NCBI GenBank assembly: GCA_963702095.1
Contig: OY969706.1
Span: 96,001-160,000, forward strand
DNA: 64,000 bases
Direction: 5' to 3'
DNA from: Candidatus Bathyarchaeota archaeon
Lineage (GTDB): Archaea > Thermoproteota > Bathyarchaeia > Bathyarchaeales > Bathycorpusculaceae
Below, piece by piece: positions 19,732 through 30,029 of the stretch. Under the pieces are notes generated by a model. That model saw only the letters and a program-made list of their open reading frames with translations, did no database searches and had not been told where the DNA came from. How positions within the stretch are numbered: the stretch's first letter is position 1; each line of letters opens with the position of its first letter. The position numbers and the translations under genes were made by a program.

Positions 19732-20105
19732 CGAACCAAACCACAGCGACAATAGACGACCCCAGCAGAGACGACCATGTGCAGAACTGGGAGCTCTTTC
19801 TTGAAGAGCGCAAAGATGTCGCCGACAGAGCGGTCGCCGAGACTGAAGCGATTGAGCAACGGGCAAAGCAAATTGTTGCCAGCGTGAGAAGGGGTGCGGC
19901 TGAGCGCTTAAATCAGGAAAGGGCGAAGGCCTACAAGGAAGAAGCTGAACGAAAAATCAAGGACGCCCTGACTCCGAGAGAAAAACAAGCCGTCAAAGCC
20001 GTAAGCGAAATGTGGCAGAGACAGCCGCAAGTTCACCCGCCATCATCCGAGCCCAAAGGCGTTCTCGACCTCTACGCGATTCGTCAAAAAAGGATTCGCC
20101 CATAG
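19728..20105 (+). CDS. Element-encoded coiled-coil hypothetical protein
   Basis: 125 aa helical charged ORF, translationally coupled to the RHH gene. Confidence 0.65.
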   Translation: MTNQTTATIDDPSRDDHVQNWELFLEERKDVADRAVAETEAIEQRAKQIVASVRRGAAERLNQERAKAYKEEAERKIKDALTPREKQAVKAVSEMWQRQPQVHPPSSEPKGVLDLYAIRQKRIRP

Positions 20106-20166
20106 ATTTCTTGAGATGGTAGCCCAACCTGCCGTCTGAGAGATTTCTAAAAAGGAGGATGGAAGG

Positions 20167-20817
20167 ATGGGCATAGCAGTAACTCAGAGTCCAAACAAAA
20201 AGCCAGCTAAATCTATGGAAGAGTCCAAAGAAAAAGCCGACTTTTCTCCAAAGATTTTTACGACTCACCCTAAAAGCGGGAAGAGACGCAAGAACAAACG
20301 CTCAATCTTTGAAGATAGTACGGCTAAAAGCCGACTTTCTTCCATAGAACATGAGCTTGGTTTATCGGGGTTATTTGAGGGAGAAGTTTACCATTTAAGC
20401 TTTGATTGCCCTAAACCGCTTGCAAAACTGTTTAAAGAGTCAACAAAGGCTAATGGAACCAGCATTTGCAAAGAACTCCAGAAATATGCCTTATCATATT
20501 GCGCAAACCATGTACTTGAAAAGTCGGCTTTTGGCAGTACTTTGAGCAGGGTTTTGAAGCCTAAACTCACTATTGAGAACTTGAATTTTGAGCAGTACTG
20601 CCAGACAAGACCTCGTCGCTGGATTCCAAAGTCCGCTGAGGAGGTGAAAGTCGTCGATGCTGAAGGGGTGAAAGGCAAGTTCTGCGAGGTTGGCGGGGGA
20701 GCCTGTAAGGAGCCTGCGGTCACTGTGGGCGTCTATTTGCCCACTAAGAAAGAGTACCGTCTCTGCTCTAAGCATGGAAACCTGTTTGCTGAGACATCAA
20801 GCTGGAGGGTTCATTGA
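20167..20817 (+). CDS. Element-encoded hypothetical protein with possible RHH-like segment and C-terminal Cys/His Zn motif
   Basis: GGAGG RBS; HLSFDCPKPLAKLFK..GTSICKEL; C-x5-C...CxxH. Confidence 0.65.
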   Translation: MGIAVTQSPNKKPAKSMEESKEKADFSPKIFTTHPKSGKRRKNKRSIFEDSTAKSRLSSIEHELGLSGLFEGEVYHLSFDCPKPLAKLFKESTKANGTSICKELQKYALSYCANHVLEKSAFGSTLSRVLKPKLTIENLNFEQYCQTRPRRWIPKSAEEVKVVDAEGVKGKFCEVGGGACKEPAVTVGVYLPTKKEYRLCSKHGNLFAETSSWRVH

Positions 20818-21083
20818 TGAGCTGTCAAGGGTGTAAGGGTGAGGCGAAACCCTGCCAAAACCGTAAGGCAAAGGAGACAAGAGAAGGACTCTTTCGTCAT
20901 TTGGACGCTGTAATAAGCCTCTCACTGGAAAAAATCAAGGCTCGGGGCAACTCTGACAGAGCAAAACTGAGCTATGGACGTCTGCTCTGTACCGCCATTT
21001 CCTGTTATGGGGACTTGCTGAAGGACGCGGAGCTGGAGTCTATCGAGGCGCGTCTTGAGAGGCTGGAGGGGGTGAAGTCGTGA
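20814..21083 (+). CDS. Element-encoded hypothetical helical protein
   Basis: 89 aa, coupled overlap, C-terminal ELESIEARLERLE. Confidence 0.65.
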   Translation: MMSCQGCKGEAKPCQNRKAKETREGLFRHLDAVISLSLEKIKARGNSDRAKLSYGRLLCTAISCYGDLLKDAELESIEARLERLEGVKS

Positions 21084-21403
21084 GTAATTTTAAGAAGCGT
21101 GTTGCAGTCTTGGAGAGGTTCCGTGCACCTGTCAACTCTTCGCCGTCTAAGGTCTATGCTGGAGACATCCCAGAGGGTACAAAGGTAATCAAGGGCCGTT
21201 TTTGGCATCCGAACCCTGAAATTTGTAGGACCCTACCTCAACCGACAACTGGTCTTAGCATGTGGAGCCCTGGAGGGGCTGTGCAGGTCTTTGACGAGTC
21301 AAATTGGCATTTGCTGCCCTGCTATGGTTGTGCAAGCTTCGGCCATCAATGCAGTGGACCGGTGAGCGTGAAGCTCAACGTCAAGAGGAGTGCGGATGCA
21401 TGA
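21080..21403 (+). CDS. Element-encoded hypothetical protein
   Basis: GGAGG RBS, GTGA overlap, CxxC..C motif. Confidence 0.6.
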   Translation: MSNFKKRVAVLERFRAPVNSSPSKVYAGDIPEGTKVIKGRFWHPNPEICRTLPQPTTGLSMWSPGGAVQVFDESNWHLLPCYGCASFGHQCSGPVSVKLNVKRSADA

Positions 21404-21573
21404 CTAAAAAGTACCCAAAAGACTACAAAGTCACAAAGGGGCTCTGGAAAAATAGGGGTGAGAATGTGCCTCACTGCGCTAAGTGCCGTCGCCGATTCAA
21501 GGTCGGCATGTGGGTGCACAGGTTGAACAAGCGGCTTCTCTGCCAGAAATGCTATGATGGCATGTTCGTCTAA
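21400..21573 (+). CDS. Element-encoded small zinc-finger protein (57 aa)
   Basis: ATGA overlap; CAKC...CQKC. Confidence 0.65.
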   Translation: MTKKYPKDYKVTKGLWKNRGENVPHCAKCRRRFKVGMWVHRLNKRLLCQKCYDGMFV

Positions 21574-21760
21574 CCTTTTCCGTCGACGGAGGTCTCCCTT
21601 TCCGTCTGGGCTCCCCGGGTTGCAGAATGGGCAAAACTGCGCTCGGGTCCCGGGTGCTGGGCTGGAGCCTTAGCGAAGCTTTTTTTATGTCTCAAGTGTT
21701 TTAGCCCTGTCTGTATGGGAGATGTAGTGAGCGCTTGAGATTAAGGGGGAACCTATTGGT

Positions 21761-23058
21761 TTGACTCGTGTATATGCGGACTTGCACATCCACGGCAGAT
21801 TCAGCCGCGCAACCAGCGAACAGATGAACTTAGAGGAAATTGCCAAGTACGCAAAAATCAAAGCGGCCTCACCCTGGTAGGCACAGGCGACTTCACCCAT
21901 CCTCTGTGGCTACAGGAAATCCGTGAGGTCCTCACCCCCGACACCGACACAGGACTGCTTAAACTTGCCAAAGTGGACTCGCCCGTGCGGTTTATGCTGC
22001 AAACCGAAGTCTGCACCATCTTCGACCACGAGGGGGAATCCAAAAAAGTCCACCACGTCATACTCACACCAAGCCTCGAAACCGCAGACCAAATCAACGA
22101 GCGCCTTGTAAAATTCGGCGACTTAAAAGCCGACGGACGCCCAATACTGGACTGCACCGCACCGCAGCTAGTCGAGGAAGTCATGGCCGTCAGCGGTGAC
22201 AACATGGTGTTCCCCGCGCACGTTTGGACTCCGTGGTTTAGTATCTTCGGTGCTTTCAGCGGTTTCAACACTGTTGAGGAATGCTATCAGGACATGACTA
22301 AGCACATCCACGCGTTGGAAACCGGGTTGTCTTCGGATCCTCCGATGAATTGGCGCCTAAGCGGACTCGACAAATACGCGCTCTTATCGAATAGCGACTG
22401 CCACAGTTTCTGGCCTTGGCGCATCGGCAGAGAAGCCAATGTCTTCGACCTTCCCGACTTCGCTTACAACCAAGTTATTTCAGCCATATCTGACAATGAC
22501 CCAGAACGCTTCAAATTCACCATCGAAACCGACCCCGCCTACGGCAAATACCACTGGACCGGACACCGCAACTGCAAAATCAGCCTCTCACCCCCCGAAG
22601 CCATCAAATTCGGCAACGTCTGCCCAGTCTGCCGCCGCAAACTCACCAAAGGCGTCGAACAACGCATTGAAGAACTCGCCGACCGCCCAGCCACCTACAC
22701 ACGCCCCGACGCACCTGGCTTTAGGCGACTGCTACCGCTCTCAGAAGTCATCGCTGCCGTCGTCGGAACCGACTCGCCCTCGACACAAGCCGTTTGGAAA
22801 ATCTACAATGCACTTGTGGGGAAATTCGGCGACGAATACTCCGTGCTCATCGATGCGCCGCTGGATGCGTTGTCTGCGGTTGCGGATGCACCGTTTGCAC
22901 AGGCGATTCTCAAAGTGCGGGAAGGCACCGCTAAAGTTACGCCAGGCTACGACGGCGTCTATGGACAGCTTGAGTTGGGCGTTGAAACACCGAAGGCTAA
23001 GCCAAGGTCGCCGCCAGTGCCTACAGTGCAGCAGCGGAGCATGAGCGACTTCTGGTAA
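21761..23058 (+). CDS. endoQ: Endonuclease Q family (PHP domain + Zn finger); first 5 codons supplied by the element; apparent frameshift near 21863
   Basis: TTG..ADLHIHGRFSRATS, GTGDFTHP, PAHVWTPW, ETGLSSDP, SNSDCHS, GKYH..GHRNC, CPVC, PGYDGVYG. Confidence 0.9.
21776..21790 (+). repeat. attR core
   Basis: Second copy of the 15 bp repeat, in frame as A-D-L-H-I. Confidence 0.88.
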
Positions 23059-23138
23059 CTTAATCAAGTCACCGTTTGTCAGATTTGAAACGCATTGTTT
23101 AATTCCCACATTAATTCTAGCTTTAGTGGACGATTACT

Positions 23139-24524
23139 TTGAAGGACCTTCTAACAAAACTCAACGGTGCCGCAACCGCCAAGTATGGCGCTTCCTACGC
23201 TGAAACCCGTGCACAGCGGCTCACCAAAACCATGCTTACCCTCAAGGAGGAACGGGTAGAAGCAGCCAAACAGGGCATTGAATCGGGCGTTGCTATCCGC
23301 GTGCTCGTAGACGGCGCATGGGGATTCGCCTCGGTAGGCTCCATGGACCCAAAGATTTTGGAAGCAGCGGTTTCTGACGCCTGCAAAATGGCGAAACTCG
23401 CCAGCAGCCGCCTCAAAAACCCCATCAAACTTGCAGCCGCCAAAACCGTCGAAGCCCACGTGGCTGCAAAACCCAAAAAGAATCCCTCCGACATCGCCAT
23501 GGAAGACAAAATCAAAACCGCCTTAACCATAAACAAGACCAGCCTCGCCTACGACAGCCGCATAAAAAGCTGCAGCGCAGACTACCTCGACTTGATGGGC
23601 AACAGCACTTTTGCAAACAGCGAAGGCACCTACATCGAACAGGACAAACTCTACGTTTGGGCGCGGCTGACGGCTTCGGCTGAAAGCGGCGGAGTCTTCA
23701 CCTATAGCCGCGAGGAAATTGGATCCACTTTTGGCTATGAACTCTTCGACGACCAGCCACCCGAGGAATTGGGCAACAAAGTCGCCAAACGTGCTATCGA
23801 ACAAATCAGCGCTAAGGCGCCTAAGGGAGGCAAAAGCCCCGTTGTCTTGGGACCTAACGTGGTGGGGGTGTTTGTGCATGAAGCTTTTGGGCATCTTGCC
23901 GAAGCAGACTTGGCGCTCTCAGGAGGATTGTTGGCAAGCAACATGGGCAAGAAGTTGGGCTCTGACTTAGTCACGTTCTATGATGACGGCACTTTAGCGG
24001 GTTCTTTTGGCGCGTTCGGGTACGACGACGAAGGTGTCGCCAGCCAAAAAACCCTGCTCATAAAAGACGGCGTGGTGGCGGGGTTGATGCATAACCGCGA
24101 AACCGCACAGAAATTCAACGCAGAGCCCACAGGCAACGCACGCGCCGAGGACTTCCGAGTTGAACCCATCATCCGCATGCGCTGCACCTACATGGCGCCC
24201 CGCGACCACAAGCTTGAGGAGCTATTGGAAGGTGTCAAGGAAGGTTTCTACTTCAAGAGTTTCCGCGGAGGCCAAGCCAGCTTAGATGGCACCTTCCAAG
24301 TGGGCATACAGGAAGGCTACGAGATCAAAAACGGCGAAGTCGGCGAGGCAGTGCGAAACGCATCCATCAGCGGCAACACGTTAGAGACGCTGCATAAGGT
24401 GGATGCTGTTGGCAAAGATTTTATGCTGGACCCTGGAAGGTGCGGGAAGGGGCAGACGGCGTTTATCTGTGACGGTGGACCGCACATAAGAATCAGCGAG
24501 GTGGTTGTCGGTGGCAGTGCTTGA
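23139..24524 (+). CDS. tldD: TldD metalloprotease
   Basis: [22 protein letters not shown]. Confidence 0.93.
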   Translation: MKDLLTKLNGAATAKYGASYAETRAQRLTKTMLTLKEERVEAAKQGIESGVAIRVLVDGAWGFASVGSMDPKILEAAVSDACKMAKLASSRLKNPIKLAAAKTVEAHVAAKPKKNPSDIAMEDKIKTALTINKTSLAYDSRIKSCSADYLDLMGNSTFANSEGTYIEQDKLYVWARLTASAESGGVFTYSREEIGSTFGYELFDDQPPEELGNKVAKRAIEQISAKAPKGGKSPVVLGPNVVGVFVHEAFGHLAEADLALSGGLLASNMGKKLGSDLVTFYDDGTLAGSFGAFGYDDEGVASQKTLLIKDGVVAGLMHNRETAQKFNAEPTGNARAEDFRVEPIIRMRCTYMAPRDHKLEELLEGVKEGFYFKSFRGGQASLDGTFQVGIQEGYEIKNGEVGEAVRNASISGNTLETLHKVDAVGKDFMLDPGRCGKGQTAFICDGGPHIRISEVVVGGSA

Positions 24525-25878
24525 AAAAGATTTCATGATTAGCTTAGCCGAGAACACGGTGAAAGCAGCCCTGAAACTGGGCGCAGCAGAGGCAGAAGCC
24601 TACGTTTACGAGGGCCAAGCCACCAACATCGGCATCGATCTGGGCCAAATCAGCAAAACCAACCGCATAATCGACCTCGGCGTAGGCATACGCACCATAG
24701 CCGACAAAGCCGTCGGATTCGCCTACACCAACATCGTAGCCGACAAAGCTGCCCTAGAAAGCGTCGTCGCCCGTGCACTGAGCGCTGCAAAAGCCAGCAA
24801 ACCCGACCCTGACTGGCGGGGGCTGCCCCAAAAGAAACCCTACAGCACAACAGAGGGCACCTTCGACCAGAAAATAGTTGAGTTGAGCCCCGAAGACCTC
24901 GTCAAAGTAACCGCCGCAATGCTGGACTCTGCAGGCGAAGTTGACAAACGCGTCTTCTCCATTGAGGGCGGAGTCGGCAGCGGATACGTCGCCAACGCCA
25001 TCGCCAACTCCAACGGCGTCTCCGGCTACGACAGGGGCACAATCGTGGAGTGCAGTTTGGCGGCGCTGGCAAAAGAAGGCGGCGCAGTCACACCGGTGTG
25101 CTTCGAGTTTAATGCTGCCAGAAACTACAGTCTCGACCCATCTTGGGTGGGCAAAGAAGCCGCGAAGTTGGCAGTGTCCGCGCTCAAGCCTAAGCCGGTG
25201 GAATCGAAACCAACCAAGGTCATTTTAACCCAGTTTGCACTGCAGGACCTCTTCGCCTACACCCTGATGGGCGCGGTGAAAGCGGATAGTGTCCAGCGCA
25301 ACCAGTCGCCGTTTAAGGGCAAAATCGGAGAGCAAGTCGCTTCAGAGAACCTATCCATCTACGACGACGGTTTGTACCCCACAGGACTGCGCACGTCAAT
25401 CTTCGATGGGGAAGGCGTGCCCCACCAAAACACCCCAGTCATCGAAAAAGGCGTCCTCAAAAACTACCTCTACGACAACTATGCCGCCAAAAAAGACGGC
25501 GTCCAAAGCACAGGCAACGCCTCACGCGCAGGCTACCTCAGCACTCCAGGCATCGACACCACCAACTTCCACATCACCCCCCAAAACAAAACCACAGAAC
25601 AAATGCTCTCTGAAGTCGGCGACGGCTTAATCATTTACTACCTCCAAGGCGCACACAGCAGCAACCCAGTGAGCGGAGAATTCTCTGTGGTGGCGACGCC
25701 ATGCTGGAAAATCAAGGGCGGAGAAATAACCCATTCATGCGGTGGCGTGATGCTGGCAGGCAACATCTTTGAACTCCTCAAAAACATCTCAGTGGTCGGC
25801 GGCAACGAACGGCAAATGGGCTCAATAATTGCGCCATGGGTGATTGCGGATAATGTGCGGGTAATCGGTAAACAGTAG
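24505..25878 (+). CDS. pmbA: PmbA/TldE protein
   Basis: FDGEG, STGNA and SGEFS motifs; no HExxH; coupled to tldD. Confidence 0.9.
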   Translation: MSVAVLEKDFMISLAENTVKAALKLGAAEAEAYVYEGQATNIGIDLGQISKTNRIIDLGVGIRTIADKAVGFAYTNIVADKAALESVVARALSAAKASKPDPDWRGLPQKKPYSTTEGTFDQKIVELSPEDLVKVTAAMLDSAGEVDKRVFSIEGGVGSGYVANAIANSNGVSGYDRGTIVECSLAALAKEGGAVTPVCFEFNAARNYSLDPSWVGKEAAKLAVSALKPKPVESKPTKVILTQFALQDLFAYTLMGAVKADSVQRNQSPFKGKIGEQVASENLSIYDDGLYPTGLRTSIFDGEGVPHQNTPVIEKGVLKNYLYDNYAAKKDGVQSTGNASRAGYLSTPGIDTTNFHITPQNKTTEQMLSEVGDGLIIYYLQGAHSSNPVSGEFSVVATPCWKIKGGEITHSCGGVMLAGNIFELLKNISVVGGNERQMGSIIAPWVIADNVRVIGKQ

Positions 25879-25925
25879 AAAATTAGAAACTCTTGAGCAG
25901 GCGAACTGTACCTGTTTACGGCCCT

Positions 25926-26187
25926 GCTAGTGCTCGCCCTGTATTGTGCTGTCGTTGCTGTTCACTGTCTCGCTAAGAAAGCAAACGATACATGGTTTCA
26001 CATACACATCGCGTCCGCTTCCGCATGGAATCATGTGCCGCGTGTGGAAGAAAACGGATTTCTCACACCGAAACGGGCGCAAAAAACGTTGCAACCAAAA
26101 AAGCAACCGCATCCAGTTGCAGTATTGTGGCAATTCTATGGCCGCCACACCCACAAAGAGAGAAACAACAAAAAAGAGAAAAGGGGG
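25926..26187 (+). repeat. Intergenic repeat family A, copy A3
   Basis: GCTAGTGCT...AAAGCAAACGATACATGG...CCGCCACACCCACAAAGAGAG; lies between convergent genes and abuts the GT4 stop codon. Confidence 0.85.
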
Positions 26188-27393
26188 TTAGGGCACCCAG
26201 AAACTCTTGGAGTACTCGCTCAACACGCCCTCGTAGATGCGTTTGGTCTGCTGCGCTATCTTTTCCCAATCATACTTCTCCCTAACAGTGCGGTAAGCGT
26301 TTTCACGTATGTAGTGGGCGTAGCCTTCGTCAAGCAGTATCTTGTTTATCCCCCAAGCCAGCGAATCGGGGTTGTTGGGGTAAACTTTAACACCGTTATA
26401 GTCATGCTGGATGATCTCTGTTAAGCCGCCGGTGTCTGAAGCAACCACAGGGCTCTTCGCCGCCATAGCCTCCAACGCCACGATGCCAAACGGTTCAAAC
26501 AGCGACGGCACCACGGACACGTCGGCGACTTTCTGCAGCTTCAGCAGTGTGGCTTCGTCTATGAAGCCTTGGAAGAGCACTTTATGCTCCAACCCCATGC
26601 TGCGAACGATGTTTAACAGCTGCTCTTTCATGTAGCCGCTGCCCACAATGATGAATTTCGCGTTAACTTTGCCTAGGATTTTGGGCACTGCGTTGATGAG
26701 GATATGGATGCCTTTCTCGTAAACCAATCGCCCCACGAAAAGCACGATTTTTTCTTCAGGCAACGCAAAGCGGCTTCTGAAGGCTGCGTCGGCACCGTTG
26801 ATATCATAGCCGTGGGTGTTGACGCCGTTAGGCACCATTACCAACTTGTCGCTGGGTAACCCGAACACGTATCGGACGTGGGATATCATGTAGTCGCTGC
26901 AGCAGATGACTTTCCAGGCTTCATAGGTTAACCAGGCTTCGGTTTCATGAATCATCCTCTCGGCAGTAGTGTGTAAACCGTCGCGTCTGCCCATTTCGGT
27001 TGAATGCATCGTTACCAGCAGGGGCTTTCGGAAAACATGCTTCAACCCGATGCCCGCATTCGCGACAAGCCAATCGTGCGCATGGATAACGTCTATTTTA
27101 TCGGAGATTTTCCTCATCAATGCTGCGGCTTCTTTTTGCATGTTCATGTTCATGAGGTAAACCCACGTGGCGAAGTCAGGCGAAGGGTTCTTGTAAGAAT
27201 CCACTCGGTACACTTCTACGCCGTCGACTACTTCATGGGCTGCTGCGCCCGGAAAATCGCAGGTGACCACGTAGACTTTGACGTCTTGTTTGGCTAGGAA
27301 CTTGGATAGATGGTAAATGTGGGGGGATATGCCGCCGATGACTCTGGGCGGGTACTCCCAGCTAAGCATCAAAACGGAAAGTTTATGTTGCAT
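26188..27393 (-). CDS. GT4 glycosyltransferase (glycogen-synthase-like)
   Basis: WEYPP..GG, HAHDW, GRLVYEKG, EPFGIVALEAM. Confidence 0.92.
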   Translation of the reverse strand: MQHKLSVLMLSWEYPPRVIGGISPHIYHLSKFLAKQDVKVYVVTCDFPGAAAHEVVDGVEVYRVDSYKNPSPDFATWVYLMNMNMQKEAAALMRKISDKIDVIHAHDWLVANAGIGLKHVFRKPLLVTMHSTEMGRRDGLHTTAERMIHETEAWLTYEAWKVICCSDYMISHVRYVFGLPSDKLVMVPNGVNTHGYDINGADAAFRSRFALPEEKIVLFVGRLVYEKGIHILINAVPKILGKVNAKFIIVGSGYMKEQLLNIVRSMGLEHKVLFQGFIDEATLLKLQKVADVSVVPSLFEPFGIVALEAMAAKSPVVASDTGGLTEIIQHDYNGVKVYPNNPDSLAWGINKILLDEGYAHYIRENAYRTVREKYDWEKIAQQTKRIYEGVLSEYSKSFWVP

Positions 27394-28015
27394 TCTTCTT
27401 TACCTCCGAGACAACGCTATAGAGCTTTAAAATGTCATCTATCCAAGTGTCAGAGCCTGTGGGAACAACCGCTATCTTCTCCTTGGGCACCTTGTAGATG
27501 CGGACGATTTCGTCTCTCATCCACTCAGATTTTGCACAAACCATCTTGGTTTCATAGAAGCCAAGCCACTCTATACTTTTAATAGCCATGTTGTAAGAGG
27601 AGTTTGCGGTTGGAGACCGATGGTCCTCTAGGCTTTCAACAGAGTAAACAAAAGGGATTCCTAACGCATTCTTCAACGTTACAGCGGCAGGTATAAAATG
27701 CCAATCGAATACATCGATTAAATCGACTTTTTTGTTTTTGTCGTAGTGGAGGTTGGCTGCTACCCGTTCAACTTCTTGGTTTAAGGTAAGTACCCATGTT
27801 AAGACGCCGATGTGGGTTTTTACTGGGTTAGTGACGCGGATGGTTTTTACTCCGCTGGGTTCCTCCGTTAAACCCGTGGAGCTATCATCGTAGGTGACAA
27901 CCGTTACGTCAACTTTGTGGGCGCTAAGCTGGGTTGTTAAGGATTTGACGTACCCAGAAAGTTGACCTACCACCCTAGGCGGGTACTCCCAAGAGAAAAC
28001 GATGGTACGCAGCAT
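27383..28015 (-). CDS. GT4 N-terminal-domain-only protein
   Basis: WEYPPRVVG start and DW motif; ends at 210 aa without the EPFG domain. Confidence 0.75.
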   Translation of the reverse strand: MLRTIVFSWEYPPRVVGQLSGYVKSLTTQLSAHKVDVTVVTYDDSSTGLTEEPSGVKTIRVTNPVKTHIGVLTWVLTLNQEVERVAANLHYDKNKKVDLIDVFDWHFIPAAVTLKNALGIPFVYSVESLEDHRSPTANSSYNMAIKSIEWLGFYETKMVCAKSEWMRDEIVRIYKVPKEKIAVVPTGSDTWIDDILKLYSVVSEVKKNAT

Positions 28016-28025
28016 GTATCCCCTT

Positions 28026-28283
28026 CTAAGTGAACAGTGAACAGACTTTAATTATTCCTCGTCCGTTGAGATAATATCTTTTTTTGCCTTCACCGTCGAC
28101 GAAGCCTTCAGCGAACCCCTCGGACTTATAACGGTCCAAGATACTCTCGATTTCATCTGGGTCCTTCTGCAGCAACCGCGCCACCTCGTCGCCTCGCCGT
28201 GCCAAATCAGGCGCTGTGGCACAGAGGTTGTGAAGGGTCTGCAAAACCTTGTCTGGAAACGGAAGCTCTTCTCTCATGTACAA
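28026..28283 (-). CDS. Small winged-helix-like hypothetical protein
   Basis: 85 aa ORF in operon; ..GF....DGEGKKRYYLNGRG wing-like motif. Confidence 0.55.
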   Translation of the reverse strand: MYMREELPFPDKVLQTLHNLCATAPDLARRGDEVARLLQKDPDEIESILDRYKSEGFAEGFVDGEGKKRYYLNGRGIIKVCSLFT

Positions 28284-28340
28284 TGCACCAATTCAATATA
28301 CAGCGATTTATCTTAATAAACGCTGACATCGCATATGCAC

Positions 28341-29883
28341 CTAAGAAAGTTGCGTTGCATCAAGCACTTCCTTGCTCTGAGTCACAAACCGCTTCTTTGA
28401 GGCAGCGATGAGGGCGTTTCTCAGTTTTTCGCCTTTCTGTGCTTTTAAGCCTTTGAACGTATCAGCCAACTTTGCGTCTTTAAGCGAGAACCTTGCCCAA
28501 CTTTCAAAGTCACCATTACCCGTGTGAAACTCAACTGCTGCTAAAGCGACGTCTTCGAGCGCTTTAATGAAGCCCTTAAGACTCCAAGCCATCACACCAG
28601 TGTATTTTTCTTCGCCTACACCCGTGTAGAACATAAACGGTTCATTAGCTGTCAAAATAGCCAAACGCAATCTAACTTCAAAGTCGTTTAGAAGAGTCTG
28701 AGCAGCTACGAAGGCATCCATAGGTGACTCATAGGGGCTGAAGTAGGAATGCACTTCGCCGGGTCCGCCGCCAGCTGTGAACATGTAGTAGAGGTGGTCG
28801 CTGGTTTGGAAATCACGCCATAACCGCAGAAACTCGGGGTCCTCTGCTTCTTTGATGAACGGTTCAAGCCTGCGTAGACTGGTATAGTAAGCCCACTGCA
28901 TAACGTTGCCAAGCCAACCGGATTGGTCACGCTGCACATCCGCCCAAGAAACGGTACCCCCGGCTTCAGGCACATCCAACTCTCCTTCTGAATCATGTTT
29001 CTCTACAACTTCAGTCGGCGTAGCCATCCTTAGGTGATCAAAATTCAGGATTTCATCTGGTAGGTGTCTGAGGAAACTGTGGATGCCGGTTTCGGGCCAA
29101 TGGTGTTCACCGAAGGTTTCGTAGTCAGGGAAGATGTTGATGAGTTCTCCCTTGGTTGTGGCTAACCAACTGGCGTATTTGGGGGCGGTCAGAGGCGACT
29201 ACAGGCCACCATCGTGCGGAGAAGCGGAAGCCGATGTCGTCGGTTAACTTGTAATTGCGTAGTAGAACTCGGATTTTTTTGGTGCCTTTTGGAGTGTAGA
29301 TGAAGTTTGGGGATTTCTCTCCCAATATTTTCTCTACACCCTCGGTGTATATGCCTTTGTACCCCATGTCTTCGACGGTTTTGGCGATGGTGTTATTGTA
29401 GAGTAATTCGGTGTTTTCGAAGACGACTGGGGTGTAGCCGAGAAGGTCTTTGATGGTTTGCTTGTGCAGTTGGGCTTGAGCGATGAATTCTTCTTTGTCG
29501 GGGTAGAGGCTGGCGATGGAGTGGTAGTAGGTTTGGTTGAGAAACTCAACGCATCCTGTTTTGGATAGTTCCCGAAAAGTCTCCAGCAAATCCTTATCAA
29601 ACATTTCACATTGTTCCAAAAACACGCCTGAGAGGCTAAACGAGAATTTGGCTTGTTTTCGACTGCGTTTGTGGCGGTCGATTACGTCGAGGATTATTTG
29701 GTTGGAGGGATAGTAGCATTTTCTTGCGGCGCGTTTAAAGATGTCTTGGTCGACTTCTTGGTCGAAGTAGTAGTTGAAGAGTTCTTCTTTGGTTTGGCGC
29801 CGAAACACTTTGCCTTCCCAAAACAGTTTTCGCCGCAGCCTATGGGGCTGGTGGACTTCAAAGACAAACACTATATCCGTCAT
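28341..29883 (-). CDS. GH57 alpha-amylase with C-terminal DUF5752-like domain (apparent frameshift near 29200)
   Basis: FEVHQP, NTEL, DYETFGEH (in the shifted frame), QTSDHLYYM; C-terminal F.FY...EFH..GDFESW. Confidence 0.88.
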
Positions 29884-30029
29884 AACTAATCCTCATAACT
29901 AAAACAAGTATTCATGCTTGGGTTATTTAATTTATGTCCGAATCTGCTCTTAACTCATTTACTTTCTTGAATGTACCTATTGAAAAAGCTTTAATGCCCA
30001 TGTAGCCCATTGTAGTTAAAGCGGTTGGC

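Larger units (their letters stand above)
17780..21790 (+). mobile_element. 4.0 kb integrative element inserted in the 5' end of endoQ
   Basis: 15 bp direct repeat GCGGACTTGCACATC at 17780-17794 and 21776-21790; integrase next to the left repeat; small co-oriented ORFs. Confidence 0.9.
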
